Shown here: one piece after another, positions 1 through 13,000 of the stretch
Layout: each line of letters begins with the position of its first letter
How positions within the stretch are numbered: position 1 is the stretch's first letter
Source: Phoronis australis
Lineage: Eukaryota > Animalia > Phoronida
Length of the DNA: 64,000 nucleotides
Assembly: GCA_002633005.1 (NCBI GenBank)
Contig: NMRA01000473.1
Location: forward strand, 61,537-125,536
Direction: 5' to 3'
The notes under the pieces: generated by a model
Database searches by the model: none
Told to the model about the DNA's origin: nothing
Seen by the model: the letters and a program-made list of their open reading frames with translations, nothing else
Program-made: the position numbers and the translations under genes

Positions 1-837
1 GGACTGTCGGATATTATTGATAAATTGAAGACATTACTGTACAATTTTAGAACTGTAGCTAAGGCATTTTTCGCGTGTGTACACGTTCATGGACTGGGCA
101 CTTATTTTAGCGAAGTCTGAAAATGAGTGAAGGCGCTTATAGGGGCATGGGCGCTTATTAGGACAAAATTTTAATGTAAATAATTTTGGCTAAAATGACA
201 TTGCACATTACAATAAGAAACCAGTTCCAAGAAGTATGGCATTTCAATTGCTTTGAGCACATGGACCTTACCTCCCCCCCCTTTTCTTCGTCTTGGACTA
301 GTCCACAAATTCTTTTGTGCATGACCACGCACAGTGATCTTTTGTCTAGATAAATCGAGTAACAGGTGACATGTACTGAATCGGTGGGTATCGCACTGCG
401 CCGAAGTTTTTTACTGCCGGAGCATCGACACGCTGAACAAACTGAACCTTAAATTCACGATAAAAACAACACACAGAGGAGAAAATTTATTCATGTTCAT
501 CTGGTTAATGATATAGTGCTTTTGCACTCTGAAAATTCGCTCGCCACCTGGGCGACCGGTAAGTCAACTTCTACTCGCCCAGCACCATTTTTACTCGCAT
601 TGGCGACTGGGCGAGTGGCTATAAGTATATCCCTGATTAGCCAGCCAGCAGCCAGCTAACTATATGAAGACTGTCGTCAAAATACAGCTAGGTACCACTG
701 TGTGTATTTCTTCTGTAGACCCCGAAATTGCAGGCAGCCAGGGTAGTTCTGCTCGTCACCGCGCCGTGAAACTTGTATCAAAATGTAAAGCTAAAGATCA
801 GACGGGGTGCATGCAAATTCTGGGAATCAACCGATAC

Positions 838-2760
838 TCACCTTGCCCGTTACAGCCGTTTAAGTGAAAAACAATGCAATAAACGTCATTTTCATGCTTA
901 ACTCTCCGCCTTTTCTAACAATGAAAAGTATGTCGTCGTTTCGAAAACAATACGCTCATGTCATGCGCACGCGCCATTTCCTACATGTCGTGAACACATC
1001 CACTAAAACAAGAAACTGTAGGAACACCGCATTTATCCACCTTCACTCTTATCAGGCTTCTATTGTGAGTCAGCATGCGTGAATAATTGGCTGATAAGCC
1101 ACCTCTGGAACTACTTTGGGCTGAATGGATGACCAGGCCATAAAATGATAATTAGCCAAGACCAGTTACTATAATGCAACAAAGAACAAGTAATAATGTC
1201 TTGCATCACCTAGCCTTGGTGGAAAGCTGTATACTGTATTGGCTCAAACAAACGCTTAGAAAAATTCATTTCACGGGGAGGGGACGCTTATTGTAGTGAG
1301 CCTACGGCAGTTGAAACCCGGTTTCCCAAACGGGTAAAATCGGAAGCTAGGATTCATCAAATTTACGCTCTGTGACGTATTTGTAGCCTATGACAGCCTT
1401 TCTACAAAATTGTGGTGCATTGCTATCAACTTCCGTTGTTAAATTACGATAATTTTTCAAAAAATTGTGCTCATCACAGGGCGAAAACTTGCCGACTGAT
1501 GCGTCGCTGAATCGCGATCGTCAATAGGAAAACTTGTACTCTTGAATAAAAATATAGTTTCGACTCAACAAATTACCTGAAATCTTCCTGATGTTTTACA
1601 ATTTTTAAAGTTCCTGTGGAGTCCAGATTAATTGCGATTAAGTCCAAATGTGCGCTACATCGTACTCCACAACACGAGAAAAATCTCTGGATGAACACAC
1701 ATGTTGTTGTCACGTGACGTTTGTTTTGAAGGTCGTCTGCGTATGAGAGTGAGTGAGCGTGCGTGTGCGGGTCATCGACGATAGACTTTTTTGTTACAAA
1801 AGGCGGAGGATTATGCAAGAAAATGGCGTTTACTAGATTGTTTTTCACTTAAACGGCTGTAACGTGCAAGGTGAGTGCGCTCGCAGAGTCACATCTCGGA
1901 AGTTTCCGGTTTGACGGATGACAAAGAACGATCTCAATGAAATTACACAAAGTCGTTTTAGAGCTTGTAATAGCTATACAAAACGTATTTTGAGTATTAA
2001 AATGCATTTTTTCCAAAACCTAAATAACACACGGAGTAGTTCTACATTTATACAATCCTAACTTGGGTCCTATATTTTTGTATTCGTGCGCGCCGAATGA
2101 AAGTAATCGTGAGTGTTTCTGTGTTGCAAAATCTCTTATCCTGGGCCGATTTGAAAAATTCAAAGTTGTATTCGTATTTGTTTTCGCTCCTCTTTTCAAA
2201 TATTACAGTAAAAACTACGTAAAATTCTCTCCATAAAAAGTACAGTTGTTAGGCTAGACTGTAATCAGCTGATCCTATCCGCATGAGCGAAGTCAATTAT
2301 CCTCGCTCGTGACTCGATGAATAGAGCAGCTTGGCGGCATCCCTTTGACCATGAGCGGAGCGCGTCTCAGCCAAGGTGGATAAATACGGTCTAGTTCAAT
2401 TTTCCATACCCCGCCGTTTACCTTAAACACCGGGGTTAGAACCAATTTTATTTAGTGGGAATGTTCATAGCATGTAAATTTTCACGACAACTTCGGAGAA
2501 GCAAAATTTGTTCTGAAATTCGGTTTTTCGGTATCGGAATTTTAAAAAATTATAATGAAGTGAAACCAGTTCCAATAGTTTGTTGTGACGTCGTGTACGC
2601 AAGCTCGTGAAAGAACAGCAGTTGATTGAAGAATCGGCGAAAAAAGAAACTGGCAAACAGGTGACGCAATATTTCGTGGCGCCGAAAGCCATCGCTAAAG
2701 ATCGCTCCACAAATTTAGCAGCAGAATAACGGTAGAACGCCATTTTTTCCAACACTGTTA
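838..2760. repeat. Cluster of diverged interspersed-repeat segments related to the interior of the 56130-57747 element
   Basis: 838-985 (+) and 1755-1876 (-) match 56770-56915; 2480-2760 matches 56940-57215. Confidence 0.6.
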
Positions 2761-3229
2761 AATGATTTTGCGTCAGATTTTATCTTACCATTATTAACCC
2801 ACATCGGTGCAAAGCTGTATGTTCATATACAGCTTTGTACCAAGGCTAATCCCTGATATGCTACTGAGATTCCAAGCTCGCACACAGCCCATACTATAGT
2901 ATAGAACCTCTCAGTCCACACCTCTTGGTAAGGGTAAGCAGCGATTGCTTTTTGGTTTTTGTGGAATGCATGATTTAGACCACTATGAACACTCATGCCG
3001 GGGCCTGTGTCTGATGACGCGGGCATGCTGACTTGTCTACATTAAAATACTGGAGCTTAATCTTTGTCTTTTTAGAATGAAACTGACACACCGTGTTGTT
3101 AACACACCATACTGAGCATATACATTTGGTACGAGACTAAGGGAAAGGTTTGTAGCCCCAATAAGATCGCGACATTAACCCCCCTGCAATAAAAGCCATC
3201 CGCCCCAAAACAACTTCCACGTGTCTTAC

Positions 3230-3469
3230 CTGGGGCTTTCCTTGGCTACTTGATAGTGAACTAGGTTTGACAGATCGTTTGTTAGCTTTGAGATGATGGT
3301 CTGCTTCGACGGGAACATAAGCAGATTTATCATCAGCACCGGGATGTAGTTGTGTCTGCATATGTGAATGAGAGGTATGCGGCTGGAAATGGAATTCTTG
3401 ATGCTCAACTCCGCCTTCTCTGTGTCTTTTTGGTTTCGTTTCTGACTTCTGATGTTCTCTTTTGCTCAT
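3230..3469 (-). CDS. Putative first coding exon of an unidentified gene divergent from NAPA
   Basis: ATG at 3469, 80 open codons (MSKREHQKSETKPKRHRE..SSSQGKPQ), strong donor CAG|gtaaga. No downstream exon was convincingly identified and the protein is not recognised. Confidence 0.35.
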
Positions 3470-3499
3470 TCTTGTTTCGAAAATGGTTCTAGATGCGAC

Positions 3500-3930
3500 A
3501 GTTGTCACCACCTACGCGTGAACGAACGACGTAAATCACGCGGGGCGTTCCTGGTTGCAAATGTCAGAGCCAAAGATGGGAGTCAGTTTTCGCGCGCCTT
3601 CATCAGTTAAAACGCTAGGCGGAAGTGGACAATAAATTCACCTTGTAAATCAATAAAAACACATATAAATCGAATTATGAATTCCACATTAATCTCGATA
3701 ATCATGTCTTAATAATGGCCCGCAAAATTTACCAACAACCTGAACGTCCTGCGCAGCTCGTCACATCCACGTGCGTCACTTTATTTACAAACATTCAATC
3801 CCAGAACCCTTTGCGCAGCACTTAGTTGACGCCTATCGGCATGCGCAATTGATCGGCATATCCGGTTATAGGTTTGTTCGAAGATTGTGTATTTGTTACG
3901 TGGAAGTTCTGTTTCTGTGGAAAACGCATG
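3500..3930. promoter_or_regulatory. CpG-enriched, probably bidirectional housekeeping promoter upstream of NAPA
   Basis: ETS-type GGCGGAAGTG ~3618, NRF1-like GCATGCGCA ~3839, several TGCGCA and CpG-rich segments; located between the NAPA ATG and the divergent exon. Confidence 0.5.
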
Positions 3931-3938
3931 TATTAAGG

Positions 3939-4030
3939 ATGGCTGACAATGAACAAAAAGCTTTAGAGATGGTCAAGGAAGCAGAGAAGAAATTAAAAAG
4001 CGCAAGCAGCTTCCTAGGATCTTTGTTTGG
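3939..4030 (+). CDS. NAPA: alpha-SNAP coding exon 1
   Basis: ATG at 3939, [31 protein letters not shown], donor GG|gtaact. Confidence 0.93.
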
Positions 4031-7000
4031 GTAACTTTCATCCTCGACCTGATGACTTGAACTTGATTTTCACTCCCTCCCACCACAATTGGGTGAATTG
4101 GCACAAACAAAACTTTTTAGTTTTACTTTTGATGACTTAACAACAGTCTCGAGTTTCAATGTTTACGGTTACGTGAGAGCTTTTTTAGTTATTCTTATAT
4201 TCACTGGCTATCTGTCTTCAGGATTTCATTGCCAGTCATTTGTGGTTTGGAAGTGCTTGGCATCATACGTAAGCCATGTCCTAGATGGTATACAATAATT
4301 CCTATCACTTTCTGTGCTAATTTCATCCCATGTATTTTAGACGGGTGTTTGGCCAAATCCAGCCGCCAAATATGAGGTCTTCACCTCGTCAAAAATACTT
4401 TTATACTTAAAATTATCACGTAAAAAGCGATCATTTCTGGTGTTTTACATATCTTCAATGAAGCATGTCTATGACTATGGGAATTAAGATGACTTAGGCA
4501 AAGATTTCCAACTGTTAACTTTGTCACCATGAAGTATTTCAACTGACATCATGTGAGCTAAGCAAGGACAAGCGTGAGACTGTGTGAAGTGTGTGACAGG
4601 TGGAATTTGTAACATTTGTGTCCATTGGACTTTTTGTTCATTCGTGATATTCGGTAACTTCCTCAAAATGGCACCTGGTGATTGCAGCTTGAGCAAACTT
4701 CGACAGATTTTCATGGATATGTTCAAATTATGTTGCCTAAATTGTCTCCAGTGTCATGGTATGTGTTAATTATAACTCCGTGTTCATGGTTCATTTGACT
4801 TTATTTGCTGTATTTTGTGGAGGTGTTCTTTCGACCCTGTATGCTTGCGACAGTACATGGTGATGTAATTGCCTATAGAGATGGTGGCTATCCCATAGGC
4901 CGTCCATACCCCAAAATCTATTCAGCGAATTATGCCTCACACTGATTAAACCATCAAAATCATGTTGCTATTTAATACCTTTGCAAAGAGAGGAGCATCT
5001 TAGAAGGCCATTGATGTCTTGCATTACTTCCATTTCATATGCTCCTGAAATCAAATATTTTTTTCCAACAGTCCTTCGTTCAGTTGCCCACCTGTGTTGG
5101 TACTAGCTTCTTTTTAACAATTGGATTAGGGGTATTGAATTTCTTTTTTAAATGGTAAAGCAACTGTGTGCTTTTTCAGAGGCCAGTCTAAGCTGGAAGA
5201 TGCTGCTGATCTGTATGAGAGAGCAGCCAACTTGTACAAAATGGCAAAGAAGTGGCCAGGTAAAGTAGTACAACTTTTTTATGTTGTATTGGTCTATTTA
5301 CACTGACCTCTTTTCTAAACAGACAAGAAGTCAGTGTAAATAGGCCAAGAAATTTTATTAATAGTTGTAACACGCCACCACCTCAGAGCAGTTTTAGAAA
5401 GTCGGGTAAAGTAGTGTCAACATCTTTCAGTGTTGCCTGGTATTTATTGGAGGAAATGCTCTTAGATATAATACGCCAGGGTGCCTCCTTAGGACTTGGT
5501 ACCGATGCAGATACAGCATAGCCAATGGTGACTTAACTGTATTGGACACTATTGTCAAATCAATGTGTTGTGTAGCATTTCAGCGTAAGCATTTGAATAT
5601 AATGCTAACATGTTTTTCTGGAAGTGTAGTACAAAAACTTGAACATGACACTTGATGTTAAAGGTTATAATATATAATCTTCAGAATTGAAAATTTCTCT
5701 TGACATTTCTAATTATAATTGCAATTTTTTGTCTGCAGATGCAGGCGGGTCATTCTGTAAGGCAGCTGGTCTTCATCTCCAGTTAGGAAGTAGACACGAG
5801 GCAGCGAGCAAGTACTGTGATGCTGGCAACTGTTATAGAAAGACAGACCCTAGTGGTAAATATAACCTTTGGACATCATAGTTTTCCCTTCATATATTCA
5901 AACATTGTGCTCTACCATGTTGGATCATATGTTTGGAAAGTGCTGAGCCATGCTTAAAATCTGATGCCATGTTGGAAAAGCTAGTTATAAGACATATGAT
6001 TGGTATTTATTGTTTTATTTTGCAGTAATAATGATAGGCATGGGCAGCAAGTGGAAATAATGTGTAACTAATTGTTGTTTGTCTGAATTAACAGAAAAGA
6101 AATGAGGATGCAAAAACATGATGCACAATTTGCATCATGTTTGAATTTTTGCTCCTGAAGGGAGAACCCTGGATATATACTATATATGCTGTTGGAAGTT
6201 TGATTTGCTTAAAAACACTTTCTGTTAATAAGCGATTTGCTCAATTTAAATTTCGATCTATTGAAAACAAGAGTGAGTTGTGACAATCAATCCAGTTTGA
6301 TGTTCTTGATTATTCTTTGTGCCAAAGAAATTAAGAAATTAATATTATGTTAAATGCCTCCTGTTGTGATATTATCTTTTCATGTTATTTTATTAACCAT
6401 AATTATGCAATATTGTTTGCAATATTGTTTTTTCAGAAGCCATTGACTGTTTGATTAAGGCTGTTGAAATTTACACAGATATGGTGAGTGAGGAGTGGTT
6501 GTTGTACAAATAAATTGCTAATTCAAAGAGTATTCGAGTAAGCTGGGTTGCACAAAGCTTCCAACTTTATTCATTCAGTAATAGTCTGTGATTGTTGTGC
6601 CATGTCAATCATCAACTCCAAATTCAAAATAAATTTACTAACAACTAGGTAAAATATTACCATCATTATAGCACATTTGTTTGGCTGTGTTGCCTGGGAT
6701 ATTCAATTGTGAAAAGCAGACACAGGCGAGTAGAGTGTGTATTTTGGCCAGTACTAGTTTGTTATTGCAGGCAGACGAGGAGATCCATGGAATGATCAGT
6801 TGGTTATATTCATCATTTGGTGTTCATGACATGTGGACAAGTTGATCCCATTGATTATTACTATCAGCTTAATAATGTAAAGATGGACCTCTTTCATTGT
6901 GATGAATATCGCCAAGTTCTGAGTCTTCAGTCAATCTCCTCTTGCCATGATTACTGCAGCAGTAGCTATTAGACCAAATGTTAGTCGTACAATGGCAAGG

Positions 7001-10000
7001 GATTACTAGTTTCAAGTGAAGACACAAAAACAGGGTTTAGTATCTTTTTCATCTCTAGTACAAGTCTGAACTGTAGTAAATAACACGTAATAATCCATAT
7101 AGTTGTTCTCTGTGTGAGATGAACCATTTGGTAGGAAAGCATGATGAGCATACAACACAATGTGTCATCTGATTCACTGCACTGCTGAGGGATTGCGTAC
7201 ATCTAGCACGGTGCAAGTGGAATATACTAATCTTTTGTGTACTTTGTAGGGTTTATTGCTGAAAATAGAGGACAACTAAATTATTAAATGTTCTAGTCTG
7301 TTGTTTCTGGTATCTAGATCTGGAGTGAGATTTGGAGGAGTTGTCACTCAAGGTGGGCTAGCCTCCAGGTTGTTAATTCGTCCAAATCCCATGGGAAATA
7401 ATAGCCTGACCATGTATTAATCTAATGTGTGCCACATGTAATGTATAGCTCATGAACTTTCTAACAGCTGCACTGCTGTATCGTGCTAAACACGCTTCAT
7501 CTGTTGTAGGGACGTTTCACTGTTGCTGCTAAGAACCATGTAACTATCGCTGAGATTTATGACTCGGAAAAAGTGGATATAGAAAAGGTAATACTTGTTC
7601 CTCAGGGTCCGATTTGGGGAGTACCAGCTCACATTTTGTGAGTTGAAATTGCCGTTGACGACCTGAGCTTGAAGCTAACTCACCAAATGCGATTTCAGTT
7701 TTTTCGTTGCTCAACTCGCCAAATGCGACCTGACTTAATGACAGTGCCACTCCCACTCTTCCAAACAGTCAACTGACAGTCAGTAACAGAACACAACTGA
7801 CAGTCAGTAACAGAACACAACTGACAGTCAGTAACAGAACACAACTGACAGTCAGTAACAGAACACAACTGACAGTCAGTAACAGAACACAACTGACAGT
7901 CAGTAACAGAACACAACTGACAGTCAGTAACAGAACACAACTGACAGTCAGTAACAGAACACAACTGACAGTCAGTAACAGAACACAACTGACAGTCAGT
8001 AACAGAACACCAACAAAAAAAAAACCCGCAAAAAGCACGCAGTGCCATTCAACTATTGTCGCCATCTGTCTATCTTGTTAATCCACAGGCACTCGAAATA
8101 TAACACACTGACTTGAACAGCGCCTCCTAGACAGGAGTGCGAGTGACTTTAGAGGTCATGAATTCAGCAAAGTGTCTGTGGTTTCCTCGTTTACTTTTCA
8201 TGACAATGGCGATGAAAGAATCTGTGTTGCCTGATTAAGGTGCAGGGTTGTATCGCCTGATTAAGGTGCAGGGTTGTACCTGCGGCTAATAGGGCGGCTG
8301 AAGACAAAATTAAAGATGGAGGAAGGAATAGTTGTGACCGGAGAATATAGCGGGGACAGGAGGAGGGGGAGACAGTTATGACTACAGGGGAAAGGTGGAG
8401 GCTATTGGATGGACGGAGAGATAGCAGGGACAAAACAGTTGCAACAAAGAGAGAATAACGCGTGGCGAAAATAGTGGTGTGCCGAGGACAAGTGATATGT
8501 AATTTTCGTTTACCTCCCTATGTGCCTGGAAACGTAACATATTTGTTTTTATTCACAGAAAATTTCATCTTTATATTGTCATATATAGTAAAACCCTTGG
8601 ACTTTTTTGTTATTTATCTAGTGGTGGTTTACGTTTCATAAAGATTCACTGAAAATATTGCAGCACCTTAGTAGCGCAGCTGTTATCGTCTCTCCCGTTC
8701 GTCAGAAATTTTTAGTGCCACAGCCCCCCCTCGTCACCAGCAATGTCACGCAGCCTCAAGCCATCTCTCACCCCTCACTATGGTTGGAACCGTCCCTTGG
8801 AGGTTTGCCCTCACCCATTGAAGTGTAGCCCTGCCGCCCACCTCACTTTCGGGACGCGGTCTGGAGAGGACCCCCCACCTATGCTGCAGCAGTTTTATGA
8901 TTGTGAATCATGAGCTGATAGTTCACCATAAAACATGCATCGACGAAACTTCATAATTCAATCCAACCTTCAGGCATATTCGAGAATGAAAAATGTAATA
9001 ATCTAATTTTACCTTTAGGGAAAGTTCGTCTCTATTGGCAGCCTTTTATAAATACAAATTACAATTTCAAATATTTTATAAAGGACGTCTTTGACTATTT
9101 CAGAATTGAAAAAGACACATTTTATAAAAAAGATTAAAATTTGAGGATTTCAACGAAAGTTGGCCTCTTTATTTTGAGATAGCTTTTGGAGTTGCAAATG
9201 AATCAAACCACTTTTGAGGGCGTGAATGGCTTGCTAAAATTGCCAATCACATTTTGTTATATGTTGTGTTATTGTTTAAAATTTCTCATTCAAAACAAGC
9301 GTGGTACATGTGAAACATCATATCTACTTTAAGATTTGTGGCAAGCTGGCAAGATTTCTCAGAAATATATCCGAACTACGCACGCATTTTCCGCATCAGT
9401 TACTACGGTGGGGGACGGCAACTGTCTGTTTTGCGCCTTTATTATGCTATCAGTGTCTTTCAAACAAGAATTGCGTTTGTAAAAGACATATGTACAATGG
9501 AGATTGAAAATATTTTAATCCAAGGTGTCTAGTAAGTTACCGCGGACATCAGCACGCGCATCTGTAGTATGACCAATTTTTAGAGCTGAGGTCTGTCTCA
9601 GCCCTGAGAGACCTAGGTCCGTCTCAGCCCTGAGACACCTAGGTCCGTCTCAGCCCTGAGACACCTAGGTCCGTCTCAGCCCTGAGACACTTAGGTCCGT
9701 CTCAGCCCTAGCACTTAGGTCCGTCTCAGCCCTGAGACAAGGGGGGGGTGAATCCCTGTTTTATGAAAGACTGTTAGCACCTATATCTCATTGCAGTTCT
9801 GTGTGTGAATTGAGTGCAGAAGGTGTTAACATGCAAAACATGATGGTAGATATTTGTATGTATCGTACAGTGGATGTGCTATGGCAACAGCGAGCCAATA
9901 AGTCATGATAGCTTGTAACACTGAGACCATGACGGGCGTAATCGTGAGCAGACGATTAAAACGGGGCAGACAAAATGATCACTAGTAGCGCTGGGTGTGA

Positions 10001-13000
10001 GGAAACTGGCAATTCTGAAGCGCTCTATTCCTGCATGAATGAATACAACGGGATGATACGCATGCTTACTTTCTAATACAACATAAGTTAATGAATTATT
10101 ATTACTACATTAAAAATCCCTAGTTTCTCACTGTAACGGTCTCGTTTCTTTGCTGTTTCTGTGCTACTAGACCTGGTCCGCCGCCGGTTGGCATCGCAAG
10201 CGACACCTATTGGACATCCATGGTACTAAAATTTGGCAACCTCAAATCCGAAATGAAAAGCTGAGATTTTACCCAACTGGCTAACTGCAAGTTGGGGTTT
10301 ACTTAACGTTGGACGCTGTACCTGGTGATCAGTAGTCATTCATCTTTCCATGTTGGCGTCATTTTTAATAAAGAAAAGTGTCGTGTCTTTTTGACATCAC
10401 TCATGAGGAATATACTGTGCTAAGTAAATTTAGAAACTTGTTATTTTGTAATCATTAACTGTGTGGTACATAAAATAGTTGATGTGTACCTTGCAGCCCA
10501 TTTAAAGTGTTGTTTCAGTTATCTATTCATATTGAGATTCATTTTACTTAGTGCTGAAATGAGGCTTGACAAGCTGAATCTGGTGAAGTTCTAGTTTTCT
10601 ACTGGTCTTTACTGGAAAACAAATTATCTATGTGTTTCAAGTTAGACATATCATTGGACAAAAAAATATCTTTTAGTCATATTTTCTTTATGTGCCATTT
10701 TGCTAGGCCGTCTGCTTTATTAATAATCAAGGCTGAAGGATTAACTTCTCTCATTGTCTCTTGGTGATTTTATAAAGATTATAAATCAGCTACTTTGTTA
10801 AAGTTCTTGCATGTGCTGCATCATGTGGTTCCTTGATAATCGTATTCTTTTTGTCATTAGGCTATTTCTAATTATGAGCAAGCAGCCGACTACTATAAAG
10901 GGGAAGAGTCAAACAGGTTAGTTACAAAGGAAAGTTGGCAGTTGGTTGCTAATTAGGGTCGCAGAAGATTTACTGACATTTTAAAGTCACGTTAATCATA
11001 CCATGCAATGTATTGTCAGACTGAAATTTGCATCAAACAAAATATTGACATATCCCATGATGAGAAGTTAATGAAGAAGGCATCTTTTTTCATGTCATTT
11101 TTAGTAAAAATAGGGTTCATTCATTTGATTATCCCAGACATATGTTTCAGTTAGTTCCGGCTTCCCATAATTTTATTAAATAGTGGTGCCGGAAGTGATG
11201 TTTAGGGGGTTAAAAATTTCCTGCCATTTTGTTTCTGCGTTTGATTCTACTGTGAGGATCTGTTCTACTGTTATTTTCATGCTGGTTTCCTAAAGTTGTC
11301 GTCACCACTTCACATTGACGAGTATTCTGCGATAAGCTAGGTTGTTAGACAAGTCAATTACGTAGGATTTTGGGATCGTTTAGTTTGCAGTAACCTGAAA
11401 ATGGCTGGAATCGGCGACCCATATCACAGAGACAGTGACGTGAGTGACGGAGACTTTGTTCATAGCAGAGGTGACGAGGAATTTTTTCACAAACAGTCAG
11501 TGGGTGGATATGTGTACAGATAGGCAGAATACGCACAGACAGCTGTTGAGGGGGATGAGGCAGAATCTGACGATAGACGTGCTGGGACTTTTTGGTCAAA
11601 ATGCACGGTGTGCACTGTTATGCCGACCTAAATGGATTGCCTATGCTGTTCCCACTGGATGGTGACCTGAGCATCCAAACAACTTAATCCGGTAGTGTGA
11701 CTTTCTCACCACACACCTCTCACCTAACTAGTTCTAATACTTTAGTCAAGTGCACAATAAACTAATATCAAAGTTTGGCTCACTGGCCTGTTCACTGGAC
11801 AACAAACTGTCCTCCTCACTGGTTGTCGAACTGGGGCTGTATTCACTCCCACTACTCAACATCGCTGCAGGGCTGCTAACAGGATCTGGAGACAACACCA
11901 GCACAGGGCAAATCTGTGCTAGTTCTCAGAATTGCACGCTCTGTGGTTACATTTCGAGGCACGGGTGACAGAATATGAAAGGCCTCCAGTCACTCTGAAG
12001 CCACTGCTCACGAGGCTTTTGAATGCATTTCTCGGACGTGGCGACGGGGCACTACCGAGTAATTAATAAAATTACAGGAAGCCTTTATTAACTGAAAAAT
12101 ATGTCTGGGATAATCAACAAACCATATTTTTGCTAAAAATGACATGAAAAAGGTTGCCTTCTCCTTTAAACATATCTCTCACAACACTATTACAACTAAA
12201 AGTTAGTTTTAGTTTGATGTGGACTAAATGCAAATCAGAATGAATAAAATTTGGCAAATACTGTTTGTTTACAGAATAATACTGCTTTGTGTACAGTATC
12301 ATATTATTGTTTATTTTCAATATAATACTGTTTTTACAGTATGATGCTGATTGTTTCTTAGAACACTATGCATTTGGAAGTTGAATACAGAACCCATTCA
12401 AGAGTCCTAATATGCTTACAGGGCATTGTGCTTTCAACTGGTCATATATATGAAATACTTTGTGAAATTAATTTACAGCAAAATTCTGTTTCGAATGATG
12501 CCGTGTCATTCTTTGAGACATTAGAACTCTGTTTCTCCTCTTTGAAATTATTACGCAACCTGCATTCAGCAAGATCTGGCTAAAGGTTTTTCTGACTGCA
12601 GTTTGAGCTGTATTGTGTTACATTCATTGATTGAGCCAATGAATGTTCGAGCTGTATTGTGTTACATTCATTGATTGAGCCAATGAATGTTCGAGCTGTA
12701 TTGTGTTACATTCATTGATTGAGCCAATGAATGTTCGAGCTGTATTGTGTTACATTCATTGATTGAGCCATTCTGTTACTGGATACTATCTTATAGTTCT
12801 GCCAACAAATGTTTACTGAAGGTGGCACAGTACTCGGCCCAGCTTGAAAACTACGATAAAGCTATTGAAATTTATGAGCAAGTAAGTGCTACGGGTTTCC
12901 TGAGATATCTGAGTGTCAGTTATCTTGAAAAACCAGCTGTTCTCACAGTTTTGCATTACTAATAGGTATTGTCCTAAATTAACAGAATTTTCAGAAGCAA

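Noticed and set aside
7695-8065. Cys-rich repeat ORFs (SVTDCQLC)n; likewise ORFs at 18624-18933, 19395-19762, 24043-24312, 28448-28963 and 29185-29532
   Set aside because: They are open only because the tandem-repeat units lack stops; they are intronic or in UTRs, with no splice or homology support.
9589-9739. CRISPR-like palindromic repeats
   Set aside because: Units are head-to-tail with no unique spacers, there are no cas genes, and the context is a eukaryotic intron; this is a minisatellite.
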